A DNA stretch of 64,000 nt from Bdellovibrionales bacterium (lineage in GTDB: Bacteria > Bdellovibrionota > Bdellovibrionia > Bdellovibrionales > UBA1609), in the NCBI GenBank assembly GCA_965199935.1, contig CBDATD010000001.1, positions 701,984 to 765,983 on the forward strand, written 5' to 3'. A program made the translations under genes and the position numbers. The first letter of the stretch is position 1; the number at the start of each line of letters is the position of its first letter. This document shows positions 48,087 through 57,574 of this stretch, piece after piece. Under the pieces are notes generated by a model that saw only the letters and a list, made by a program, of their open reading frames with translations, made no database searches and was not told where the DNA came from.

Positions 48087-49655
48087 ATGACAGTTTTTCA
48101 ATCTCAAATTGAAGTTCAATCCTCTGTTTTTCAAGATCGTTTTCAAAAAATGGAAGGCCAGGTCAAAACTCTTCAGAATCACCTGGAAGAGGTTCGGCAG
48201 TGGGGTTTGAACTTTTCTCACAAATCAATTGAGAAGAATAAGAAACTTCCCGTCCGCGTGCGCATTCAAAAACTACTGGATTCTTCTTCTCATTTTTTGG
48301 AATTATCCCCTCTTGCCGGGCATAAAATGTATCCTTTTAAGACTCCGTCAGGGGGGCTGATTACGGGTATAGGTTTGGTGGCGGGGCGTGAATGCGTCAT
48401 TATCGCCAATGACCCTGCTGTTAAGGGAGGGGCCTACTTGCCCATCACTGTGAAAAAACACCTCAGAGCACAGGAGATTGCCATGCAAAACCACCTGCCT
48501 TGTTTTTATCTGGTGGACAGCGGTGGAGCTTATTTGCCTATGCAGGCAGAGATTTTTCCAGACAGGGATCATTTTGGAGCCTTCTTTTACAACCAATCTC
48601 AAATGCAGTCGATGGGGTTGGAGCAAATATCCATTGTCTTCGGTCAGTGTACGGCTGGAGGGGCTTATATTCCGGCGCTTTCCGACAAAACTATTATGGT
48701 TGAAGGGCAGAGTGCTGTTTTTCTAGGAGGGCCTCCTCTCGTTTTTTCAGCCACTGGAGAAAAAGTTTCAGCAGAAGAGCTTGGGGGGGCCGCTCTTCAC
48801 TCAAAAGAGTCCGGAGTTGCAGACTATACAGCTGAAACGGAAGAGTCAGCCATAGAAAAAGGCAGAGAGCTTTTGTTTGCACGCTCCTCTACGCAAACAG
48901 ATTTTGTGTGTTCTAAGGTTCAAGAGCCTCATTATGACCCTAAAGAAATTTACGGTATTATCCCAGAAGACCTTCGAGAGCCTTTTGATATGCGGGAAAT
49001 TTTAGCTCGTATTGTAGATGCTAGTTCATGGGAGGAGTTTAAACAGAATTATGGAAATACTTTGGCGGCTGTTCAGACTCAGATAGGGGGTTTTCATGTG
49101 GGTGTCTTAGCTAGTCAGGGTATTTTATTTGGGGAAAGCGCCCTAAAAGCGGTTCATTTTATTGATCTATGCGACCGGCACAAACTTCCTTTGATTTTTT
49201 TTCAGAATGTTATGGGTTTTATGGTGGGAAAAAAATATGAAAGTCAGGGGATTGCCAAAGATGGAGCGAAAATGGTTTTAGCTGTCAGCCTTTCAAGGGT
49301 GCCCCGCTTTACTGTGATCGTTGGAGGCTCCTACGGAGCGGGCAATTATGGAATGTGCGGTAGAGCCTATAGGCCCAGACAGCTTTGGATGTGGCCGTCA
49401 GCCAGAATAGGAGTTATGGGCGGCGAAACAGCACGCCATATTCTGTCTTCTATTGGAAAAAAGATCAGCTCTGAAGATCAAAACAAATTGGTTGAACAAT
49501 ACGATTTTGAAAGCAGCGCCTACTATTCTACGTCCAGGATATGGGATGATGGTTTGATTGACCCATTGGACACCCGAAAATTTTTAACCTTAGGGTTGAA
49601 AACGTCTATGAACGCGCCTCTTGCGGAGAGAAGAAAAGGCGTATATCGAATGTGA
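48087..49655 (+). CDS. liuB: methylcrotonyl-CoA carboxylase beta (carboxyltransferase) subunit
   Basis: FPDRDHFGAFFYNQSQM, GQCTAGGAYIPALSD, FLGGPPLV.ATGE.VSAEELGGA. Its context also supports the call: hydratase, biotin carboxylase and HMG-CoA lyase. Confidence 0.8.
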   Translation: MTVFQSQIEVQSSVFQDRFQKMEGQVKTLQNHLEEVRQWGLNFSHKSIEKNKKLPVRVRIQKLLDSSSHFLELSPLAGHKMYPFKTPSGGLITGIGLVAGRECVIIANDPAVKGGAYLPITVKKHLRAQEIAMQNHLPCFYLVDSGGAYLPMQAEIFPDRDHFGAFFYNQSQMQSMGLEQISIVFGQCTAGGAYIPALSDKTIMVEGQSAVFLGGPPLVFSATGEKVSAEELGGAALHSKESGVADYTAETEESAIEKGRELLFARSSTQTDFVCSKVQEPHYDPKEIYGIIPEDLREPFDMREILARIVDASSWEEFKQNYGNTLAAVQTQIGGFHVGVLASQGILFGESALKAVHFIDLCDRHKLPLIFFQNVMGFMVGKKYESQGIAKDGAKMVLAVSLSRVPRFTVIVGGSYGAGNYGMCGRAYRPRQLWMWPSARIGVMGGETARHILSSIGKKISSEDQNKLVEQYDFESSAYYSTSRIWDDGLIDPLDTRKFLTLGLKTSMNAPLAERRKGVYRM

Positions 49656-49667
49656 GGAAAGAATTTT

Positions 49668-50393
49668 ATGAAAAATATTTTGATCAATAAAAAAGAACAT
49701 TTTTTGGAGATTTCTCTAAACCGCCCGGAGAAAAAAAATGCTCTAAATTTAGAAATGATTCAAAGCCTCACTAAAGTTTTTTTGGATCATTCTTCTCAAA
49801 CTATTTTTCTGCGGGGAGAAGGAGGTTGTTTTTGCGCCGGGGCGGATTTGAATTGGATTCGTTCAGCTCCCGCTCAAGAATTGGAATGTTTGTTTAAATT
49901 CTTTCAAACAGTACAGTCTCATCCGGCCCCTGTTTTAGCCTGCGTTCATGGTTTTGTGTACGGGGGCGGCATTGGACTGCTTGCTGTTTGTGATTTTGTT
50001 TTTGCTGAAAATTCATCGAAATTTTGTTTTAGTGAATTAGGTCTTGGATTGATGCCGGCGCTTATTGCTCCCTTTATTTTGCAAAAATCTCCTCAAATGA
50101 AGAAGTATATGCTGAGCGGACAGTTGTTTTCTTCTGTGGAGGCTTTAGATGCAGACCTTATTCAGTTTACAGGCTCTGCTGAGGAGGGCCGGACATGGAA
50201 AAACAAACAGTTAAGCAGACTGCAAAAACTTCATAAGGAGGCTTTTCGGGAAACAAAAAAATTTTTAAACGATCTTTGCTGTATTTCAAAAAAAGATCTT
50301 AAAAATTTTTGTGTGCAGGCTTTGGAAAAAAGAAAAGCGTCTGCTTCTGCGCAAAATATTATTAAAGAGTTTTTAGAAAAGGGTCTGTCTTGA
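49668..50393 (+). CDS. liuC: enoyl-CoA hydratase family (methylglutaconyl-CoA hydratase candidate)
   Basis: Crotonase fold motifs FCAGADLNW and VHGFVYGGGIGL; position in the liu-type cluster. Confidence 0.65.
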   Translation: MKNILINKKEHFLEISLNRPEKKNALNLEMIQSLTKVFLDHSSQTIFLRGEGGCFCAGADLNWIRSAPAQELECLFKFFQTVQSHPAPVLACVHGFVYGGGIGLLAVCDFVFAENSSKFCFSELGLGLMPALIAPFILQKSPQMKKYMLSGQLFSSVEALDADLIQFTGSAEEGRTWKNKQLSRLQKLHKEAFRETKKFLNDLCCISKKDLKNFCVQALEKRKASASAQNIIKEFLEKGLS

Positions 50394-51817
50394 AAACAGC
50401 AGTAGCCAACCGAGGAGAAATTGCGGTCCGCATTCTTAAAACCCTTAAAGAAATGCGCATACCTTCTGTACTGCTCCATTCTTCGGAAGATAAAGATTCT
50501 CTGGCTTATCGTTTGGCAGATGAAACTCTCTGCATTGGTTCTGCAGAATCTAAAGACAGTTATTTAAACATTTCTCATATCATTGAAGGAGCCAAAAGCG
50601 CTGGAGCAAAAGCCCTGCATCCTGGAGTGGGTTTTTTATCTGAATCCTCTCAGCTGGCTGAGGCGTGCCGGTTGGCTGACCTGCTGTTCATAGGACCTTC
50701 TGCGGCGCAGATTAAATTATTTGGACATAAAGTGAGAGCTTTAAAACACGTTCAGTCTTTAGGTCTGCCCACTCTCCCTTTTTACTCTTCTGTGGATTCG
50801 GATCAAGCTTTGAATAAAGCTAAAGAAATGGGATTCCCGGTACTGATAAAATTAGCTTTAGGCGGAGGAGGTGTGGGTATTAAAAAAGCGGCTCAACAAA
50901 AAGATTTTTTGCCGGCTTTAAAGTCTGTTCAAAACATGGGGAGGGCTGTTTTTGGCTCTTCAGAAGTCTATCTGGAAAAATTTTTAGAAAAAAGCAGGCA
51001 TATAGAAGTTCAAATTTTTGGCGGGCTTAAGGGAAAAGTCCACCAGTTGTTTGAGAGAGACTGCTCCATTCAGAAGAGGAATCAAAAGATTATAGAGGAA
51101 TCCCCTTCTTTTTTGGACGAAGAGACTCGAAAAAATATTTTAAGCACTGCTCAAAAAATTGCTGAGTCCGTTCAGTACCAGGGAGCCGGCACTGTAGAAT
51201 TTTTAGTTCAAGACAAAACCTTTTATTTTATAGAAATGAACACTCGTCTCCAGGTGGAGCATCCTGTAACGGAGATGGTGCTGGGTGTGGACTTGGTTCG
51301 GGCCCAGATGCTCGTTAAGATGGGGAAAGAGCCTTTTGTACATCCTCTAAAAAGCAGAGGGCATTCTATAGAGTGCCGCATTTATTCTCAGGATTTTGAA
51401 AAACAAATTCCGGTTTCCGGCCATTTTGGAAAAATTCAATGGATGAACCTGCCTCACAGTCGCTGTGATATGGGCTATGAGTCTTATGACCGAATGCCTT
51501 CTTACTATGATGCTTTGATCGGCAAGGTGATTGTCTGGGCGGAAACGAGACCTCTAGCCGTAGAAAAGATGAAATGCCTGTTGGAAAACAGCATTGTATT
51601 CGGCCTTCCTACAAATATTCGTGAACATTTAAGCCTTTTAAATCACCCTCAGTTTGTAGAGAATACATTTCATTTAGGGTCTTTGCAGGCAGAAAAAGAT
51701 TTTCCTCAGCTGGCTGAGGAAGAAAAATTATTGATCCAACAGGAAGCTGATCTTTTAAGTAATTATAAATCTTCTTCTTTCAATCCTTGGTTTCATCATT
51801 GGAGGCCGGGGAGGTGA
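50390..51817 (+). CDS. biotin carboxylase component (MCCase alpha, N-terminal part)
   Basis: ATP-grasp motifs GGGGVGIKKA and EMNTRLQVEHPVTE. Ends in NPWFHHWRPGR-stop with no biotinyl domain. Confidence 0.8.
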   Translation: MKTAVANRGEIAVRILKTLKEMRIPSVLLHSSEDKDSLAYRLADETLCIGSAESKDSYLNISHIIEGAKSAGAKALHPGVGFLSESSQLAEACRLADLLFIGPSAAQIKLFGHKVRALKHVQSLGLPTLPFYSSVDSDQALNKAKEMGFPVLIKLALGGGGVGIKKAAQQKDFLPALKSVQNMGRAVFGSSEVYLEKFLEKSRHIEVQIFGGLKGKVHQLFERDCSIQKRNQKIIEESPSFLDEETRKNILSTAQKIAESVQYQGAGTVEFLVQDKTFYFIEMNTRLQVEHPVTEMVLGVDLVRAQMLVKMGKEPFVHPLKSRGHSIECRIYSQDFEKQIPVSGHFGKIQWMNLPHSRCDMGYESYDRMPSYYDALIGKVIVWAETRPLAVEKMKCLLENSIVFGLPTNIREHLSLLNHPQFVENTFHLGSLQAEKDFPQLAEEEKLLIQQEADLLSNYKSSSFNPWFHHWRPGR

Positions 51818-52173
51818 AATTTTTCAAAGATCCTTCAGGGATGAAATTCTGGATAGAAAAAGTGGGTGAAAAGATATGGGTTCACTTCAAGGGGCGTACG
51901 TTTACTTTATCTCAACATAAAAAAAAGATGATTCGCCGAAAAGGATCCAATATTTCAAAAGAGTCTTATTTAAGATCGCCTATTCCAGGCAGAGTTCTTT
52001 CACTCAAGGTGAAAGAAGGAGATTTGGTTAAAAAAGGAGATGTGTTGGTTGTGGTTGAGTCTATGAAGATAGAGCATTCTTTGACGGCTTCTCAGGCGGG
52101 TGCGGTCAAATCTTTGTTGGTGAAGGAAGGCTGGTTTGTAAAATCAAATGAAAAGCTGCTGCTTTTTAGTTAA
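51814..52173 (+). CDS. biotin carboxyl carrier component (MCCase alpha, C-terminal part)
   Basis: Biotinyl-lysine motif VESMKIEH. The GTG at 51814 overlaps the upstream TGA (GTGA) and is preceded by GGAGG/GGGGAG. The track start (TTG at 51787) is less likely. Confidence 0.7.
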   Translation: MKFFKDPSGMKFWIEKVGEKIWVHFKGRTFTLSQHKKKMIRRKGSNISKESYLRSPIPGRVLSLKVKEGDLVKKGDVLVVVESMKIEHSLTASQAGAVKSLLVKEGWFVKSNEKLLLFS

Positions 52174-52228
52174 TACTTAATTTTTGAGAATGTGCTGTGA
52201 GATAGATCTTAAAAGCTCAGATATGTAC

Positions 52229-53860
52229 TTAGTCTTCATCTGACAAGTCATCTTCATTGTATTCTACTGTATTTTCTGACAGACTGTCTTCATTATATTC
52301 TTTTGTATCCTTTGACAGGCTGTCTTTGTTTGAAATGTCATACTTATTTGGGAGGCTGTTTGCAAGCCCCAGAAAATCATCCCAACTTTTCCACTCACCG
52401 GATTTTTTATAAACAGTTTTTGGGTTAAGAGGAAAATTTTCTGGAAAAAAATCTGATTCAAGTTTCAGCATTTCAAAAAAATTCTCTGATGTATTGAGTC
52501 CTGCGCGGGATATAAAAATTTTAGCCTCTTCATAAGACATATGTTTTTCTGAAGATAAGAAGCTTTTTGTGTTGATCCATTCCGGGTAAAATTTCTGAGG
52601 CTGTGAGGGAAAGTTTACAGGTCTGTCCTTAGATTTCAGCCACTCGATAAAATTTTTAGGATTGCTGATGCCTAAAGATTGAATAAAAGCTTTAGCTTCC
52701 TGATAGCTCATCCATTCTTGTGGTTTTGGTTTAGTGTTTCCGGTGTCTAAAAAATCCCCCCAGTCAATCCACTGATCTTTATAAATGATGTTGGGATTTG
52801 TTGGAAAGTTTACAGGTCTTTTCTCAGAACTTCTCCATCTTCGAAACTCTCTGTTAGTTTGAATACCTTGTTTCTGAATATAAGCTTTAGCCTCTTCAAA
52901 GCCCATCCATTTTCTTTTTCCTGGCGCGATGTTTTTAGTGCCTAAAAAACTGCTCCAACTCATCCATTCTTCTGCGTAAACCCGCCATGGAGCGGATGGA
53001 AAATTTTCCGGTCTTTTTCCAAACTTTTTCCATTCTTCAAAGTCTGCAATCGTTTGGATCCCCTGAGATTGAATAAAAGCTTTAGCTTCTTGATAGCTCA
53101 TCCATTCTTGTGGTTTTGGTTTAGTGTTTCCGGTGCCTAAAAAATCCCCCCAGCTGCTCCACTGATCTTTATAAATTTCAGGGGGATGAGATGGAAAATT
53201 TTCAGGTTTTTTCTCAGAATTTCTCCATTTTCGAAACTCTCTAGTGGTTTGAATACCTTGTTTCTGAATATAAGCTTTAGCCTCTTCAAAGCCCATCCAC
53301 TTTCTTTCTGTCCCGAAGAAATGCGGCCAACTCACCCACTCCTTGTTGTAAGTTCTCCATGGAGCGGATGGAAAGTTGTTTGGCCTCTGTTCAGATTTGC
53401 TCCACTTTCGAAATTGTTGAACTAATGTGATTCCTGCTTTTTGAATAAAGATTCTTGCCTCTTCAAAGTTCATATACTCTCTTTTTATGGGGGAAATGTT
53501 CTTCGTTTCTAAAAAATCCCCCCAGCTTTTCCATTCTTCATAAACGAGGTTTGGTTTGGATGGGAGATTTTTAGGTTTTTTTCTGGATTTTGATAATTCT
53601 TCAAACTGTGTGCTGGTTTGGATCCCCTGTTTTCGTATATAAGCTTTAGCTTCCTGATAGCTCATCCATTTGTTTCTTTTTCTTCCTGGAGTCTTTTTAT
53701 TATTATGAGGCGAATTTGCCTGCTTAATTTCATCAACCTCTGCGGGTTCAGATTGAGAGATGTTGCGCGGTCGAAATCCTTTTTCACATTCTTCTTTTGC
53801 GTGAGCAAATGTGAAAACAGTCAATAATAAATATAAGATACTCCATTTCATATTCGACAT
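52229..53860 (-). CDS. secreted protein built from seven ~60-66-aa tandem repeats, acidic C-terminal tail
   Basis: Signal peptide MKWSILYLLLTVFTFAHA. Repeats fit WM.[YF].EAKA[YF]IQ..GI......F..W......P.NFPS.P...Y...W.SW..FLGT. Antisense to the flanking liu genes. Confidence 0.7.
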   Translation of the reverse strand: MSNMKWSILYLLLTVFTFAHAKEECEKGFRPRNISQSEPAEVDEIKQANSPHNNKKTPGRKRNKWMSYQEAKAYIRKQGIQTSTQFEELSKSRKKPKNLPSKPNLVYEEWKSWGDFLETKNISPIKREYMNFEEARIFIQKAGITLVQQFRKWSKSEQRPNNFPSAPWRTYNKEWVSWPHFFGTERKWMGFEEAKAYIQKQGIQTTREFRKWRNSEKKPENFPSHPPEIYKDQWSSWGDFLGTGNTKPKPQEWMSYQEAKAFIQSQGIQTIADFEEWKKFGKRPENFPSAPWRVYAEEWMSWSSFLGTKNIAPGKRKWMGFEEAKAYIQKQGIQTNREFRRWRSSEKRPVNFPTNPNIIYKDQWIDWGDFLDTGNTKPKPQEWMSYQEAKAFIQSLGISNPKNFIEWLKSKDRPVNFPSQPQKFYPEWINTKSFLSSEKHMSYEEAKIFISRAGLNTSENFFEMLKLESDFFPENFPLNPKTVYKKSGEWKSWDDFLGLANSLPNKYDISNKDSLSKDTKEYNEDSLSENTVEYNEDDLSDED

Positions 53861-53913
53861 ATTTCTACATATACAGTATATTTGGCTGAAAGTCTGTAAA
53901 AAAGGGTTGTCTT

Positions 53914-54807
53914 TTGTCTAAAAAAGTTAAAATTTTGGAAGTGGGTCTTCGTGATGGAATACAAAATGAAAAAATAAGCTTTAGCGTAAAGGATCGGCTG
54001 TATCTTCTAAAAAAACTTATATCCGCCGGGGTTCAATATATCGAAATAGGCTCTTTTGTCTCTCCAAAAGCTGTTCCTTCAATGAGTCTAACTTCTGATT
54101 TGATGAAAAAAATTCACCGTAGTTTAACTCTTCCAAAAAATGTGGAGCTTTCGGCTTTGACGCCTAATGAAAGAGGTTTTGATACAGCATTTGATCATGG
54201 TTTGAAAAGTATAGCTGTAATGACTTCAGCAACGGAGTCTTTTTCAAAAAAGAATACAAACTGCTCTATTAAAGAAAGCTTGGATAGAATCCGGGTAGTG
54301 TGTAAAAAAGCGCTTCGCCTGAGAGTTCGCATCCGGGGGTATTTAAGTATGGCTTTTGTCTGCCCCTATGAAGGCAAAGTGTCTTTGAAAAAAGTTTTAA
54401 ATATTGCGGAGCGAATGGCAGCTGCGGGGGTTGAAGAAATTGTTTTAAGCGATACTGTGGGAGGAGCTGCGCCTCTTCAAATCAGCTCCATGATGGACAA
54501 AATATCCAATAAAATTCCTCTCTCAAAAATAAGCCTCCATTGTCACAACACCACAGGAATGGCGCTGCCCAATATTCTAACAGCTTTAAATGCAGGCGTT
54601 CGGAGCTTCGACAGCAGTATTGGAGGATTAGGGGGCTGTCCTTATGCTCCCGGTTCTGCCGGTAATGTAGCAACAGAAGATTTGCTTTTGCTGCTGCAGG
54701 GGATGAAGCAAAAAACTTCTTTGGATCTCAAAAAACTTATATCCATCAGCTGTTGGCTTAAGACGAAAAAGAAAGTGCGTTTGTCCTCTTTTTCTTCTTC
54801 TTTTTGA
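53914..54807 (+). CDS. hydroxymethylglutaryl-CoA lyase
   Basis: EVGLRDGIQNE, H.HNT (CHNTTG), GGCPYAPGSAGN; TTG start. Confidence 0.85.
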   Translation: MSKKVKILEVGLRDGIQNEKISFSVKDRLYLLKKLISAGVQYIEIGSFVSPKAVPSMSLTSDLMKKIHRSLTLPKNVELSALTPNERGFDTAFDHGLKSIAVMTSATESFSKKNTNCSIKESLDRIRVVCKKALRLRVRIRGYLSMAFVCPYEGKVSLKKVLNIAERMAAAGVEEIVLSDTVGGAAPLQISSMMDKISNKIPLSKISLHCHNTTGMALPNILTALNAGVRSFDSSIGGLGGCPYAPGSAGNVATEDLLLLLQGMKQKTSLDLKKLISISCWLKTKKKVRLSSFSSSF

Positions 54808-54838
54808 AAAAGAAGCAAAACGTCTTTTTCTATTTTGA

Positions 54839-55435
54839 TTAAGTGGAAATATCCAGGTATTGATAAAGAGCTGTCTTCAGCTCCTGGTGAATGGCGGGAA
54901 TATCCTCCCGGCTGAGATCTGTCCGGTCATGCTCCTTGATGGTGTGTTTAAAAAATACAGATCTATTTTGCAGTTTTGCCGGCAAAACCCCTTGCAAAAA
55001 TAAAAACCTTATTTCAAAAAAGAGTTTTAAACTTTCCAGGTCAAGACTTGTTTCTAGAGCTGTAAAGGTATTTCCCAAAAGATGAAAAAGCTCTGGGTTT
55101 TCTTCCATACCCTCCTGCCCGGCCTGATTGAACATTTTTAGAAAATAAAGGGCTAAACGCAGTCTTTCATAATCCTGCCTGATTTTAATAAATTTATTTA
55201 ATGGATGTGCTTGGATCAGGCGGTTCCACCCTCCTTCTTTTTTGGAAAGGCGGTATTCCACTTGGATACAGCCTCCCGGCTCCAAAACACCGCTGGCAAA
55301 TCTTTTTTTGCTTTTTAAAGCGAAGGAGGCAAAAAAAGACAAAGTCTGCCCTTTTTCGTTCAATCCTTTAACAATCAGGTGGGATTCAAGATGACGGATA
55401 TTTTGCAGTACAATAATTTTATCTTTTTTTGTCAT
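54839..55435 (-). CDS. recO: DNA repair protein RecO
   Basis: 198 aa. N-terminal OB-fold pattern (IVLQNIRHLESHLIVKGLNEKGQ...RFASGVLEPG) typical of RecO. No zinc-finger cysteines seen. Confidence 0.6.
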   Translation of the reverse strand: MTKKDKIIVLQNIRHLESHLIVKGLNEKGQTLSFFASFALKSKKRFASGVLEPGGCIQVEYRLSKKEGGWNRLIQAHPLNKFIKIRQDYERLRLALYFLKMFNQAGQEGMEENPELFHLLGNTFTALETSLDLESLKLFFEIRFLFLQGVLPAKLQNRSVFFKHTIKEHDRTDLSREDIPAIHQELKTALYQYLDIST

Positions 55436-55534
55436 ACCATATACAATTTAACTTCTTTTCTTCAAAGAAGAAAGACCAGCCCCCTGGCGGCTTTGTAAGA
55501 GTGTATAAATACTTCTCTCTTTTTTGGAAAAAAA

Positions 55535-56053
55535 TTAAATGCCAGCTTTGTGTCGTTCTTTGTCATCAACAACTGACTTTACTCCTCCTTTCAAATTGTC
55601 TCGATAAGCCAGATGTTTAATGTCATAAACAAAGTTAGAGCCGTTGAGGGCGGCTGTCTGCCACTCCGGCCCCATGCGGATAGCGTCCACGGGACAGGCT
55701 TCCTCGCAATACCCGCAAAACACACAGCGAAGAATATCAATTTCATAAGAGATGGGGTATTTTTCTACATGAGGGTCTGCGTGTTCATCTGCTGTGATGC
55801 GAATGCAGTTGGCAGGGCAGTTTGTCGCACAAAGCATACAGGCTGTGCATCTTAAGGAGCCGTCTTTTTTGACAGTGAGGATATGATTGCCTTTAAAACG
55901 CGGGCCGTATTTGTAATGCTCTTCAGGGTAATTCAAAGTCAGCATCTTTTTCTTGGAGAATAAATTTTTAATCAATATTTTAAAAGTTAAAAATAAACCG
56001 CTAAAAATTGGAATTAAATATCCGGCCTTTTTAGGTTTTTCAATGACACTCAT
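55535..56053 (-). CDS. nuoI: NADH-quinone oxidoreductase subunit I
   Basis: Two 4Fe-4S motifs, CTACMLCATNCP and CVFCGYCEEACP, with the YPEE...RF.G N-terminal pattern of NuoI. Confidence 0.85.
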   Translation of the reverse strand: MSVIEKPKKAGYLIPIFSGLFLTFKILIKNLFSKKKMLTLNYPEEHYKYGPRFKGNHILTVKKDGSLRCTACMLCATNCPANCIRITADEHADPHVEKYPISYEIDILRCVFCGYCEEACPVDAIRMGPEWQTAALNGSNFVYDIKHLAYRDNLKGGVKSVVDDKERHKAGI

Positions 56054-57573
56054 AGGCTTCCCTTCTCTTCTAAGAAATAGTTGGTTTTCATTTGAACATT
56101 GAGGGGAGGCGGTTTCTTAAAATCCTCCTGGCCCGTTTTCAGTATTTGCACTATTTCTTCTAAAGAGCAGGCGGATTCTACAACGGAAGCTGTTGCTTTG
56201 ATTTTCTGGCGGATGCCTTGGTGATTCACAAATGTTCCTGTCTTTTCAAAGTACGTTTTAGACGGAATCACCCAAACTGTATTTTTTGAATTTTCAAGCA
56301 ATGTATGAGAACGCGGTGAAATCCAAATAAGTTCTTTGCTTTTTAAAAATAAATTAATCTTTTCTTCTAAACAAGGGTAAAGCTGATGATTTTCCGGCGC
56401 GCACACAATCAATAGATCCAAGCGAGAAATGTTTTGTTCCAATAAACTTAAATCTTGTAATTGTAACTTTCGTTTTTGAATACTCTCCAAAAGTCCTTTT
56501 GTATTGGGGTTTTTATCTCCCCGGATCAAAAAGTCATCGAAATCCTCAAAAGTTTCTGGATAGTTCTTCCAATGATAAATAGAATCAAAGTGGAAAAAAT
56601 CTAAAAAAGATGCATACTCTTCACAAGTGTAACAGCCCGTCAGAATGAGACCCATTTTTTTAGATTCAAATTTCAAAGTTTGTAAAGTCTTCAGCACTGG
56701 TATTTTCTTTGTATGTCCGGAAATACAGCGAAGACTGTTTTTTAAACGTCCGGGGGAATTCACATGTGTTAAAGTTTCTCTTCCTTTGTCGCACATCCAA
56801 TGTTGATTGACAGAAGGATTGTACCTGGGGCGGATGCGCCACAAGCCTTCTTCATTGTAGTAAACATTGATGCTGCAGCCTGTAGAACAGCCTGTACAGA
56901 TTGAGGGGGCTTTTTTTAAATACCATACCCTTTGTTGAAAGCGAAACTTTTTGCTTGTTAAAGCGCCTACAGGACAAATATCCACAGTATTTAAAGCGTA
57001 GTCATTTTCCAAAGGTTTGTCTTTGAAAACTCCAATCTCACTTCGGTCTCCTCGATTAAAAATACCAAGCTCTTTTGTTTTGGACACTTCATCTGTAAAA
57101 CGCGTGCATCGAGCGCAAAGAATACATCTTTCGGTGTCCAAGACAATTTTAGACCCTAAATCCACAACCTTTCTTTTTTTAACTTTATTTTCAGACATCA
57201 CAGGCTGGTAGGCTCCAAATTTCATGTACTGCTCCTGAAGGACGCACTCCCCTGCCTGATCACAGATGGGACAATCCAGGGGGTGATTGATGAGATGGAA
57301 TTCCAAGCCCCATCGAACCGTTTCTTTGACTTTTTGAGATTGGTTGGTAACGACCATCCCTTCTTGAACCAAAGTATTGCAGGCAATTTCCAATTTGTTT
57401 CTGCCTTTAATTTCAACCATGCAGAGACGACAGACTCCAGCCGTAGAAAGCCCCGGATGCCAGCAGTAATGGGCAATTTCTTTTTCAAGTTTTTTAAAAG
57501 CTTGAATAATGGTTGAGCCTTCCTCCACTTCAACAGGGCAGTTGTTGATGGTGCATTTAACTGTCTTTTTCAT
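56050..57573 (-). CDS. nuoG: NADH-quinone oxidoreductase subunit G (short form)
   Basis: The N-terminus gives a 2Fe-2S site (MKKTVKCTINNCPVEVEEG...CRLCMVEI), then HPLDCPICDQAGEC and CILCARCTRF. Start moved to the Met next to the nuoF stop. Confidence 0.8.
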   Translation of the reverse strand: MKKTVKCTINNCPVEVEEGSTIIQAFKKLEKEIAHYCWHPGLSTAGVCRLCMVEIKGRNKLEIACNTLVQEGMVVTNQSQKVKETVRWGLEFHLINHPLDCPICDQAGECVLQEQYMKFGAYQPVMSENKVKKRKVVDLGSKIVLDTERCILCARCTRFTDEVSKTKELGIFNRGDRSEIGVFKDKPLENDYALNTVDICPVGALTSKKFRFQQRVWYLKKAPSICTGCSTGCSINVYYNEEGLWRIRPRYNPSVNQHWMCDKGRETLTHVNSPGRLKNSLRCISGHTKKIPVLKTLQTLKFESKKMGLILTGCYTCEEYASFLDFFHFDSIYHWKNYPETFEDFDDFLIRGDKNPNTKGLLESIQKRKLQLQDLSLLEQNISRLDLLIVCAPENHQLYPCLEEKINLFLKSKELIWISPRSHTLLENSKNTVWVIPSKTYFEKTGTFVNHQGIRQKIKATASVVESACSLEEIVQILKTGQEDFKKPPPLNVQMKTNYFLEEKGSL

Positions 57574-57574
57574 T

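Noticed and set aside
51787-51817. Frameshifted pseudogene interpretation of the MCCase alpha subunit.
   Set aside because: Not excluded, but the exact GTGA start-stop overlap with an upstream GGAGG favours two coupled genes. Reported as a finding to be checked rather than called a pseudogene.
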